A stretch of DNA of 33,574 nt from Thermoplasmatota archaeon (lineage in GTDB: Archaea; Thermoplasmatota; E2; JACPAO01; JAHFTW01), in contig JBFKTF010000002.1 in the NCBI GenBank assembly GCA_041636435.1, positions 1-33,574 of the forward strand, in the 5' to 3' direction. Shown in pieces: positions 8,307-16,174 of this stretch. The first letter of the stretch is position 1. Each line of letters starts with the position of its first letter. The position numbers and the translations under genes were made by a program. The notes beneath the pieces were generated by a model. That model did no database searches, was not told where the DNA came from, and was given only the letters and a program-made list of their open reading frames with translations.

Positions 8307-8309
8307 AAT

Positions 8310-9395
8310 ATGCGAATCTACAAGGAAACAATCCTCGGTGTTGCAGCGGTCTTCTTGCTTGCCATGGCGGCCCCCGTCGCGATGGCGGATGGCGAAGATT
8401 GCTGCAACGACCCGAACAGCCAGCACGCCGAGAAGATCGACACGAGCATTCGTGTCAACGAGATTGACTCGATTCTGATGAAGCTCAAGGTCGTCGAGAA
8501 CAGCGACGTGGCCAACGATGGCCGCCTGTTGCTTGACGGCACCGCCCACCAGATGGCGCTGCAAGCCTGGTACTTCGACCGCAACGGCGAGGCCGACGTG
8601 GAAGCCACCAGCCTGACCATCGTGGTCAAGGACAGCGCCGACCAGCAGGTGGCCCTGACCGACTCCAAGGTCAGCTTCCCCACCGACACCGTGGCCATGG
8701 ACGGCTTCCTGCCCGTCAACTACGAGTTCACCCTGCCCGCGGACTTGAGCGCGGGCATCTACACCATCGAAGTACCCAACGGCGACAAGCCCTTCACCAC
8801 CAAGTTCGCCCTCTACGAGGTCGTCCACTGGGTCGTCGACGCCGGTGCCGGTGTCACCTTCCCCGCCATCGACCCCACCGCCGAGGGCATCGAGAGCAGC
8901 ACCTTCACCGTCACCAACAAGGCCACCAGCACGTTCCACGTGGACGTCAGCATGGCCGACTTGGTCCTGAAGGACGGCACCGCCGAAATCGCCCGCATCG
9001 CGGTCGCCAACAATGTCGAGGTCCTGACCAGCGACGACGGCACCACGTTCCAGAGCGTCAAGACCCTGGACGACGACGGCAAGGCCGCCGCCGTGGCCAC
9101 CCTCGAGACCACCACCGAGACCGACGGCTCCGTCATCGAGGACACCACCACGATCAAGTTCAAGCTCCTTGACGCGACCCCCGGCGACAACGCCAACAGC
9201 ATCCTGCCCGACGGTGTCTACCAAGGCACCTTCTGTGTCCTGGTGACCGCCAGCGTTGCGGGCGACCACGCCTACAAGCAGGACGGCGCATACGAGTACG
9301 ACGGCGAGGCCCCCACCACCGCCCACACCGTGACCCCCAACGGGGAGAGCGGCCCCGACGGAAAGGGTAAGGTCACGCCGCCATCGGACTACTAA
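8310..9395 (+). CDS. Exported acidic protein of unknown family (candidate abundant cell-surface protein)
   Basis: ORF of 361 aa with signal peptide MRIYKETILGVAAVFLLAMAAPVAMA. The rest is Thr/Asp/Val-rich and beta-strand-like, with no recognised catalytic motif. First gene after the only long intergenic region in the window (313 nt). Confidence 0.75.
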   Translation: MRIYKETILGVAAVFLLAMAAPVAMADGEDCCNDPNSQHAEKIDTSIRVNEIDSILMKLKVVENSDVANDGRLLLDGTAHQMALQAWYFDRNGEADVEATSLTIVVKDSADQQVALTDSKVSFPTDTVAMDGFLPVNYEFTLPADLSAGIYTIEVPNGDKPFTTKFALYEVVHWVVDAGAGVTFPAIDPTAEGIESSTFTVTNKATSTFHVDVSMADLVLKDGTAEIARIAVANNVEVLTSDDGTTFQSVKTLDDDGKAAAVATLETTTETDGSVIEDTTTIKFKLLDATPGDNANSILPDGVYQGTFCVLVTASVAGDHAYKQDGAYEYDGEAPTTAHTVTPNGESGPDGKGKVTPPSDY

Positions 9396-9402
9396 GAGTC
9401 CC

Positions 9403-10908
9403 ATGCGCGAACGCCCCCTAGGCCAGCGTACGCTCAGTGTGCTGAGCCTGGGGGCCCTTCTCCTTTCGTTCCCCCTTGTGGGCGCGGTCGGGTATCAACT
9501 CGACAGCCTCGATCACCCGGGCTCGTTGTTCGTCTACGATGACTTGTACGAGCTCAATGACCGCGTGAGCTTCCTGGGCGAGCGCTTGGACATCCAGTTC
9601 GACTTCGTCGTCGACGAGGACGTCCAGATGCGCCTCAACGCGTTCGAGAACCACACGCAAGTGGGGACCCGCACGGCGGAGGGCAACCTGCCCCGAGGCT
9701 CGGACACCCTCGTGATTCCGAACCTCATGTACCGCTGGATGGAGCCGGGTACGGAGTGGACCATCACCGATGGCGAGACGACCACCACGCTCCTGATGGC
9801 GGACGACCCCGACAACGTGGACCGTGGCTACGCCGCCGATGCCCGCAGCTCCCAGGTCGTCGACTTGGCACCGGGCGTCAAGCACACCATCTCGGGCAGC
9901 ATCGGCCTGCCTTCGGACCTGTTTGGCTTGACGCCGGACCTGGACGAGATTGTTTGGGACTTGGACGCCGACGGGTCGTTTGACGAGTTTGCCATGTGGG
10001 TCAGCGTCACGGCGTGGCCCACGCGCAACGTCGACCCCAACGTCACCGGCTCCTACTTGGACACCATCGTGGCCGACGCCGTCATCCGGCTCGACGTCCG
10101 ACCGGAATTGGAGGTGGCGTTCCAAGAGGCGGAGCCACTGGATGCATCGTTCTCGGCGCTGAAGTTGTGGCCCGGTGCCCGCACGTACGAGGTCCCCATC
10201 GATGGCATGATCGAAGTGGACCTGAACGAGCCCGTGTTGGCCGACTTCTTCGTCACGGGGGAATTGGCGAAACTGGTGTTGCGGGTCTTCATCAACGGAG
10301 TGCCCGCCCTCGACCAGTTCGGCAATCCGTTGACATGGATTCCGGGCCAAGAGCCACCCAAGATTCGCTTGCCCGCGGGCGTGTCGGAAATCACCTTCAT
10401 CGCCTTGACGGATGCGCCCGGCGAGTACGAGGGCGACATCCGCATCCAGCGCTCCAACCTCATCGATGAGTCGTTCAGTGCCTCCGTGAGCGTGGCGCCC
10501 GTCGACTTGGGCTGGGGCGTCGCCGGCGGCCTGGCCATCTTGCCCGTGGGGCTGTTGGTGTTCGCCCGCCGCCGCTACCGGTTCGTCGAGGTGCCCGCGT
10601 GGAACGCCGGCGTCTGCACGAAGGGCCGCAAGGCCATCGGCATCCGCTCCACGGGCGGCGTGATTCGCTTCGAAGACATTCAAACCGCCGCCAAGGAGCA
10701 GGATCTGGGGCCGACCCAGGAGCGTTACGGCTCCAAGTTGACGTCCGTCTGGCTCCGCCAAGGCAAGCGCGGCGTGGAGCATCGCCCGCTGCCCCAGTTC
10801 GCGTTCAAGAAGGCCCCCCGAGACGTGGGCTCCAAGACCCGCTGGTATGGCTGCCGGTCGTGCCCCGCGCGCGACCGCTGCTGGGACCCTCGCAAGAGGC
10901 AGAAATGA
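9403..10908 (+). CDS. Type-I membrane protein: signal peptide, large ectodomain, one TM helix, basic Cys-containing cytoplasmic tail
   Basis: ORF of 501 aa. N-terminal signal LSVLSLGALLLSFPLVGAVG; TM helix GWGVAGGLAILPVGLLVFARRRYRF; 110-aa Lys/Arg-rich tail ending in GCRSCPARDRCW. It starts 7 nt after the previous stop, and its stop overlaps the next start (ATGA 10905-10908). Confidence 0.75.
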   Translation: MRERPLGQRTLSVLSLGALLLSFPLVGAVGYQLDSLDHPGSLFVYDDLYELNDRVSFLGERLDIQFDFVVDEDVQMRLNAFENHTQVGTRTAEGNLPRGSDTLVIPNLMYRWMEPGTEWTITDGETTTTLLMADDPDNVDRGYAADARSSQVVDLAPGVKHTISGSIGLPSDLFGLTPDLDEIVWDLDADGSFDEFAMWVSVTAWPTRNVDPNVTGSYLDTIVADAVIRLDVRPELEVAFQEAEPLDASFSALKLWPGARTYEVPIDGMIEVDLNEPVLADFFVTGELAKLVLRVFINGVPALDQFGNPLTWIPGQEPPKIRLPAGVSEITFIALTDAPGEYEGDIRIQRSNLIDESFSASVSVAPVDLGWGVAGGLAILPVGLLVFARRRYRFVEVPAWNAGVCTKGRKAIGIRSTGGVIRFEDIQTAAKEQDLGPTQERYGSKLTSVWLRQGKRGVEHRPLPQFAFKKAPRDVGSKTRWYGCRSCPARDRCWDPRKRQK

Positions 10909-12377
10909 GAGCGGTCCTCGTGTCCCTGCTGCTCCTGGTGCCCGCCTTGACGGCGTCCGCTGGAGGCAACACGACGCCGGGCGACACGGAAGTGAGCGAC
11001 CAAGCCTGGTACTTGTCGCACGAGAAATACCAGGGCAACGACGACGTGCATGGCAAGACGAACTACCAGATGTCGCAAACCGTGCCCGCGACGCAGATCA
11101 TCACCATCAACCAACACACGGCGTACTTTGTCTCCGAAGAAGCCGCGACGATCGATGCTGGATTCGGCCGCCTGACGTGGACGTTCACGGCATGGTGCGC
11201 CGGCGGCGAAGCGGTCCATTGGGCCATGGGCTACTGGCACGACGGCGCATTCACCAGCGGCGGCGGCTCGACCGTGATGGATTGTCCCGAAGTGCAAGGC
11301 ACACAGCACTTTGAGAAAGTGGTCAGCACGTTCACGCCGACAGCGGGCTTCCAGGTCCCCGCCGGCGCCTACCTCGCGATGGCCGTCTGGGACGACCAAG
11401 GCCATGCCGGCCAGGGCGGCCCCGAATCCTCCAGCGGCGACCCCAACGACCCCGACGGCGACGGCGTCAAGGAAGGCCCGCTGCAGCTGCACGCGGGCGA
11501 AGGGCAAAGTCGACTGGAGCCGGCCGCCGATGCGCCGGACTACGATGCACCCCCCGCGGACGTCGACATCACCTTCATCGCGTCCCCCGAGGACGGCACC
11601 GTCATCGAGCGCTACCTCTACCCGGACGTCAACCCCGGCGACGGTGCCGCGGCGCTGTCGTGGATCCAAATCGACATCCAGGGCAGCCCCGTGGAGGCGC
11701 TGCGCTTGGACGTGCCAGCCTTCCAACAAAGCAACGGCGAGACGCTCCCCACGGCGCAATCGTTGCGCGTGCGTCTCGTGGACGAGAACGACCAGACCAT
11801 CGCCGAAGCCCCATTCGAGACGGAGACCGTCGTGCTCACGGGCTCGTTCCTGGGCCGTTACTATGCGCGCCTGGACTTCGACGCCATCGGCCATGGACCC
11901 AACCGCATTCTGCCGGCGGGCACGTACGACGGCACCATCGCCGTGGCGGCCCTGCGCTTGGATGCCTTGCACTTGTTCTCGGATGCCACGTTGAGCGACA
12001 TCGGCCCCGACGCGCCGACCACGTCCCTCGCGGTGGCCACCGAGGGCCTGCAGGCGTTCACGACGTCAGTGGAATCGATTGTGCCGGGGCAATGGGACCT
12101 GGAATTGTTGGCCCAGGCCGATGGACCCGGCGTCGTCACCACCACCATCCAGCACGTGGACGCCGCCGGGACGACCACCGTCATCGCCCAACAGACCACG
12201 TTGGTGACCGAAGCGACGAGCGAGCCCATCGACATCGGCACGGAAGCCACCAGCCCCGTGGAAGCCGACGGCGGCTTGGTGCAAGTCGTCGTGGCATGGG
12301 AAGGCGACGAGGACCTGACTCTGTGGACCCACGCGCCATACGAAGAACCCTCGAGCCTGCTGGCGCCGTTGCTATAG
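10905..12377 (+). CDS. Exported protein of unknown family, terminated by TAG with an in-frame TM-anchor extension downstream
   Basis: ATG 10905 inside ORF 10599..12377 gives MRAVLVSLLLLVPALTASAGG (signal peptide). The protein is 490 aa, acidic, and contains a DPNDPDGDG Ca-binding-like loop. The part of the track ORF upstream of 10905 is Arg-rich junk overlapping the previous gene. Confidence 0.75.
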   Translation: MRAVLVSLLLLVPALTASAGGNTTPGDTEVSDQAWYLSHEKYQGNDDVHGKTNYQMSQTVPATQIITINQHTAYFVSEEAATIDAGFGRLTWTFTAWCAGGEAVHWAMGYWHDGAFTSGGGSTVMDCPEVQGTQHFEKVVSTFTPTAGFQVPAGAYLAMAVWDDQGHAGQGGPESSSGDPNDPDGDGVKEGPLQLHAGEGQSRLEPAADAPDYDAPPADVDITFIASPEDGTVIERYLYPDVNPGDGAAALSWIQIDIQGSPVEALRLDVPAFQQSNGETLPTAQSLRVRLVDENDQTIAEAPFETETVVLTGSFLGRYYARLDFDAIGHGPNRILPAGTYDGTIAVAALRLDALHLFSDATLSDIGPDAPTTSLAVATEGLQAFTTSVESIVPGQWDLELLAQADGPGVVTTTIQHVDAAGTTTVIAQQTTLVTEATSEPIDIGTEATSPVEADGGLVQVVVAWEGDEDLTLWTHAPYEEPSSLLAPLL

Positions 12378-12413
12378 GGCAACAGGTTTGATGCGGCCCT
12401 GACTGGCCGGGCC

Positions 12414-12575
12414 GTGGAGCCGGCGACCATCGCCATCATCCTCATCATCGTCGCAGCGACGCTTGGCATCGTCTTCCTGCCCATGCGCAAGCGATGGAAC
12501 GAAGACGGCGGCGACGACGAAGCCCGACGACAAGCAGTGGCCCGCGACGTGGTCGCCGACGAGGAGGAGCAGTGA
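12414..12575 (+). CDS. Small TM ORF (53 codons from GTG), or read-through extension of the preceding gene
   Basis: Hand translation from GTG 12414: VEPATIAIILIIVAATLGIVFLPMRKRWNEDGGDDEARRQAVARDVVADEEEQ. Same frame as 10905..12377, with only the TAG at 12375-12377 between them. Its TGA overlaps the GTG start of trmY (GTGA 12572-12575). No clear ribosome-binding site of its own. Confidence 0.35.
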   Translation: MEPATIAIILIIVAATLGIVFLPMRKRWNEDGGDDEARRQAVARDVVADEEEQ

Positions 12576-13150
12576 GGCACTACATCTTGGTCAGCCACAC
12601 CGTGCCCGCCGACGGCGCCTGGGAACTGGACGATTTGGCCGGCGGCGCTGGCCGCGTCGACGTGTTGTGCCGCAACATCCAGTCCGCCTTGTGCTGGAGC
12701 CACGACCTGCGCCAGGACACCCTGGTGACCATGGTGTTCCACGCGGACGCCGATGCCCCCAAGGCGGTGCGCCTCGACCCGCGCGCGGTGCGTCGCCTCA
12801 ACCCCGACGAACGCTCCACGGCGGCCCGCATCCGCAACGCCCTGCGGCACCCTTGCCCCGATCCCTGGTGGGAGGACGTGGAGCCAGGCATCCAAGTGGC
12901 CCCGTTCGACTTGGCGGACGTCATGGAGGACCTCCCCGAGGGCGTGCCCATCGTGGCACTGCACAAGGACGGGGTGCCCATCCAGAAGGTCGCCTGGCCC
13001 AAGGACCCGGTCTTCGTGCTGGGTGATCACCAACCCCTCACCGACGACGAACTGGCCATCGTCGAGGGCGCCAGCCACGTCAGCCTGGGCGACACGTGGC
13101 TGCATGGCAACCACGTCATCGCCATTGTCCAGTGGCTCATGGACCAATGA
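12572..13150 (+). CDS. trmY: tRNA (pseudouridine54-N1)-methyltransferase TrmY (SPOUT, DUF358)
   Basis: GTG 12572 inside ORF 12494..13150, preceded by GAGGAGGAG. VRHYILVSH...LDDLAGGAGRVDVLCRNIQSALCWSHDLRQD...NPDERS...DPVFVLGDH...VSLGDTWLHGNHVIAIVQWLMD is collinear with archaeal TrmY (Mja_1640 type) as I recall it. Confidence 0.85.
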   Translation: MRHYILVSHTVPADGAWELDDLAGGAGRVDVLCRNIQSALCWSHDLRQDTLVTMVFHADADAPKAVRLDPRAVRRLNPDERSTAARIRNALRHPCPDPWWEDVEPGIQVAPFDLADVMEDLPEGVPIVALHKDGVPIQKVAWPKDPVFVLGDHQPLTDDELAIVEGASHVSLGDTWLHGNHVIAIVQWLMDQ

Positions 13151-13467
13151 GCGCCATCGACGCCGAGGGTCGGTGCCGCCATTGGCATGGCCCCGACGAC
13201 GTCCTGTGGCTGCGCTTGGCGTGCTGCCACGCGTGGTGGCCGTGCCGCGCCTGCCACGACGAGGCCGCCGACCACGATGCCCAGTCATGGCCCGGCGATG
13301 GGGACGACTTGGCGCTTCGCTGCGGGCGCTGCCAGCATGTCTTCCCCATCCAGCCCTACTTCGCCGGCGGCCACCCTTGCCCGGGTTGTGGTGGGCAATT
13401 CAACGCCGGTTGCCAACGCCATCGGGCATTGTACGTGGACGACAAGCCCTTCAAGGCCGCCCGTTGA
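13147..13467 (+). CDS. CHY-type zinc-finger protein
   Basis: ATG 13147 inside ORF 13096..13467, overlapping the trmY stop (ATGA 13147-13150). Sequence: CRHWHGPDDVLWLRLACCHAWWPCRACHDE ... CGRCQHVF ... CPGCGGQF. This is the C-x-H ... CC ... C-x2-CH ... C-x2-C ... C-x2-C pattern of the CHY zinc finger. Confidence 0.75.
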   Translation: MSAIDAEGRCRHWHGPDDVLWLRLACCHAWWPCRACHDEAADHDAQSWPGDGDDLALRCGRCQHVFPIQPYFAGGHPCPGCGGQFNAGCQRHRALYVDDKPFKAAR

Positions 13468-13476
13468 AGCGCCGCC

Positions 13477-14430
13477 GTGCGCTTCGTTGCCATCCTGCTC
13501 CTTGCCAGCCTCGCTGGCTGCGTGACCGACGCCCCAGAACCGGCCGAAACGACGCCGCCTGAACCAGAGCCGAGCATGACGCGCACGTACTTCGTGTGGC
13601 CCGATGGGTCGCTGCGGATCGATGCGCCGGAAGCCGCCCGGCAAACCCTGGATTGGGGCTACGCCCAATGGCTCGACGGGACCCCGGCACCGGCGTGGAA
13701 CGGACCCCCCGGCCCATTGCATGTGGTGGGCGGCAACCTGACGCTGTGGTACGAGGCGACCAAGCCCAGCAGCGGCGCGGACGTGCGCCCCGAATTGACG
13801 GCTTGGTGGGGCAGCGACAAGAGCGTGGTGCACCATGTCTTCATCGACGGCCCCGACGCCGTGCAAGCCGGCGACGTCATCGAAGCGACCACCCAATTGC
13901 GGATTCCAGCAGGCGGCCTCGTCATTGGGCCGGAGCAAGCCATGCAGTTGCGCATCGGCACGTACTACGCCGATGGCCCACAAGCGGACGTCATGGACCT
14001 CCTCATGGGCGGCCAGACGCTGAGCCGCCTCGATTTGCAGGTGCGCCCAATGGAGTGGATGAACACCACCAGCACGGTGGCCATTGACGAATCGTTCCAA
14101 GCCCTGGGCGGCCGCTGCACGGTGGACGCCAACCCAGAGGGCAGCGCCGAAACCATCATTCCAATCGACGTGCCCGACGACGTCGTGGGCATCGTGGTGG
14201 ACGTGCGCCAAGCCAGCGGCGGACCCACCCGCGACGTGGATTTCAGCCTCAAGGGACCCAACGGCGAGGACATGGGCGGAGGCCACGGCAGCTTCGATGT
14301 GGAAGGCGCCCATGCATGGTGGCCCAACCTCGCAGTGGCTGGCCCCGGCACCTACACCATCCACGTCTACGCGTGCACGGCGCAGGTCAGCGACATCCAC
14401 GTCCTGGCCGAACTGCATCGGGCAGCCTGA
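13477..14430 (+). CDS. Exported lipoprotein with C-terminal PPC-like (pre-peptidase C-terminal-like) beta-sandwich
   Basis: GTG 13477; MRFVAILLLASLAGC (lipobox) followed by a Pro/Glu/Thr linker. The C-terminal VDFSLKGPNGEDMGGG...AGPGTYTIHVYACT resembles PPC domains. That domain call is by pattern only. Confidence 0.75.
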   Translation: MRFVAILLLASLAGCVTDAPEPAETTPPEPEPSMTRTYFVWPDGSLRIDAPEAARQTLDWGYAQWLDGTPAPAWNGPPGPLHVVGGNLTLWYEATKPSSGADVRPELTAWWGSDKSVVHHVFIDGPDAVQAGDVIEATTQLRIPAGGLVIGPEQAMQLRIGTYYADGPQADVMDLLMGGQTLSRLDLQVRPMEWMNTTSTVAIDESFQALGGRCTVDANPEGSAETIIPIDVPDDVVGIVVDVRQASGGPTRDVDFSLKGPNGEDMGGGHGSFDVEGAHAWWPNLAVAGPGTYTIHVYACTAQVSDIHVLAELHRAA

Positions 14431-14455
14431 AGAACCCCAACCCAGGTCGGCGGGC

Positions 14456-15370
14456 ATGAGCGACCGACCCATCATGCCTCCCGCCCTCGGCCTGGGCTTG
14501 GCGGTGGTGTCGGTCAGCTTCGCCGCACCCCTGTTCCGGATGGCGGATGCCCCCGCGTTGACCGCGAGCTTCTGGCGCCTGGCCTTTGCTTGCCTCTTGC
14601 TGTTGCCGTTTGCCTGGAAGCTCGGGCCGGCGTGGCGCCAATGGAGTGGCAAGGAGTGGCGCCTGGCGTTGCTGAGCGGCGTGGCCTTGGGTGCGCATTT
14701 CTCGTTGTGGGTCACCAGCCTGTTCTACACCACGGTGGCCGCCAGCGTGTCCCTGGTGACGTTGCAGGCCATCTTCGTGGCGGTCGGTGGCCAGCTCCTT
14801 CTTGGTGACCGCTTGTCGAGCCGCGCGTGGCTTGGCGTCGTGGCGGCCACCGTGGGCGCCATCGTCATCGCCGCTGGGGACGGCACGCTGGCACCCGATT
14901 CGCGCCGCGCCCTGTTTGGCGACCTCTTGGCGTTGCTGGGCGGCCTGGGTTCGGCGGCGTACATGTTGGTCGGTCGGCGCCTGCGCGCCACCAAAGGCTT
15001 GGTGGAGTACGTGTTGCCCGTGTACGCCATCGCCGCCATCGCCATCCTGCTCGCCCTGCCCCTGGTGGGGCAACCGGTGGGCGTGGATCTGGGTGCGACG
15101 AGCTTCATTTTCTTCGTCCTGTTGGCCGCGGTGCCGATGCTGGGTGGCCACACGTTGGCCAACTGGTGCTTCCGCTACATGCCAGCCCACACGGTGGCCA
15201 CGTGGATTCTGTTGGAGCCCGCTGGGGCGGCCGTTCTGGCGTGGATGCTGCTGGGCGAAGTCCCCAGCCTATGGGTGGTGGCCGGCGGTGCTCTGGTGTT
15301 GGCTGGCGCCGCGCAGACGGTGCGCCGCGCCCCGGCCAAGCGCGCGGCGTCCGTGATGGTCGCCGATTAG
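14456..15370 (+). CDS. EamA/DMT-family transporter
   Basis: ATG 14456 inside ORF 14084..15370 (MSDRPIMPPALGLGLAVVSVSFAAPLF...). About 10 TM helices in two EamA-like halves. Confidence 0.85.
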   Translation: MSDRPIMPPALGLGLAVVSVSFAAPLFRMADAPALTASFWRLAFACLLLLPFAWKLGPAWRQWSGKEWRLALLSGVALGAHFSLWVTSLFYTTVAASVSLVTLQAIFVAVGGQLLLGDRLSSRAWLGVVAATVGAIVIAAGDGTLAPDSRRALFGDLLALLGGLGSAAYMLVGRRLRATKGLVEYVLPVYAIAAIAILLALPLVGQPVGVDLGATSFIFFVLLAAVPMLGGHTLANWCFRYMPAHTVATWILLEPAGAAVLAWMLLGEVPSLWVVAGGALVLAGAAQTVRRAPAKRAASVMVAD

Positions 15371-16098
15371 GCGCCGTACAGGGCTTGGATGCCCAAGATG
15401 TCGCCGTCGCCCAGCGAGCGCTCGATGGTGCTGCCCTCGCTGCCGTAGGCGTACATTGTCAAGCACGACGTCTGGCGCGGGTTGCCCTTGGGGTGGTCCA
15501 AGCCCAGCGTGTGCCCAATCTCGTGGGTGGCAATCGCCTGGATGTCCATGGCGTCCGCGGAGCCGTCCGTGGCCCATGCGAAGGCCAAGTTGTACTGCGC
15601 ATCGGATTCCACGGCTTCGCCCGTGGCGGTGTAGTACCACGTGGTGGTGACGGCGATGGTGCTGGTGCTGCCCAGGTGGACGAAGTCGATTTGGTTGACG
15701 AAGTCCTGCACGCCGGCGGTGGCCGCGTCACCAAACGTGATGGCGCCGGCCACGGCGCCGCTGGTGCTGGCTTGCCAGGTCTGCAAGGAGGCATGGAACA
15801 CGGCGGCGTGGCTGCTGGCCGAGGCGCTGTACGGGCTGGTCCAATGCCAGCCGGCCAAGGCGTACTTGTTGGAACTGCAATCGGTGCCGGGGTCGCCCCC
15901 GTCGTCGCCCCCGCCCTTGCCCTTGCCGCCGCCGGGGTTGTCCGGCTTGGCGGCCGCATCGGCGTGCCAGTAGTGGCGCTCGTAAGCCAAGCCCTCGACG
16001 TGCTCCGAGAGGCCGCGTTCCACGATGAGCCGGCCGGATGCATCGTACACGCGTTCGATGGCGTGGTCCGGGGGTTGGGCCACGGCCACGGAGGCCAT
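15367..16098 (-). CDS. Matrixin-like (metzincin, M10-type) zinc metalloprotease; the true start probably lies upstream of the first canonical start
   Basis: ORF of 243 aa with HEIGHTLGLDH (HExxHxxGxxH) and a Met-turn candidate (CLTMYAYG), plus a Gly-rich linker GGGKGKGGGDDGGD. The open frame continues upstream to 16137 and encodes the hydrophobic part of a signal peptide (see findings). Confidence 0.85.
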   Translation of the reverse strand: MASVAVAQPPDHAIERVYDASGRLIVERGLSEHVEGLAYERHYWHADAAAKPDNPGGGKGKGGGDDGGDPGTDCSSNKYALAGWHWTSPYSASASSHAAVFHASLQTWQASTSGAVAGAITFGDAATAGVQDFVNQIDFVHLGSTSTIAVTTTWYYTATGEAVESDAQYNLAFAWATDGSADAMDIQAIATHEIGHTLGLDHPKGNPRQTSCLTMYAYGSEGSTIERSLGDGDILGIQALYGA

Positions 16099-16174
16099 GA
16101 GGAACGTGGCGACGACGAGCAGGACGCGTAGGTGTATGCCCCGTCGCCAGCGGCTCCGCTACTTCAGTTGGCGT

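Noticed and set aside
7997-8309. Possibility that the long gap next to srp54 encodes the SRP (7S) RNA.
   Set aside because: I could not find the conserved helix-8 GGAA/GNAR tetraloop context, or 5'/3' Alu-domain pairing, on either strand. A covariance-model scan would be needed to exclude it formally.
12375-12377. Genome-wide TAG recoding (pyrrolysine or sense reassignment) as explanation for the in-frame TAG.
   Set aside because: TAG is used as an ordinary stop for well-delimited genes in this window (pepA 6061-6063, HAD 2447-2449, S15 peptidase, DMT transporter, the Cas4-like gene). No pyl genes are visible, so any read-through would have to be local.
8253-13288. Minus-strand ORFs 8253..9404, 9418..10782, 10725..11972 and 11861..13288, plus several plus-strand off-frame ORFs over the surface operon and trmY.
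   Set aside because: These are shadow ORFs opposite or out of frame to genes with signal peptides or clear family motifs. Their compositions are dominated by Gly/Val/Arg/His/Ala.
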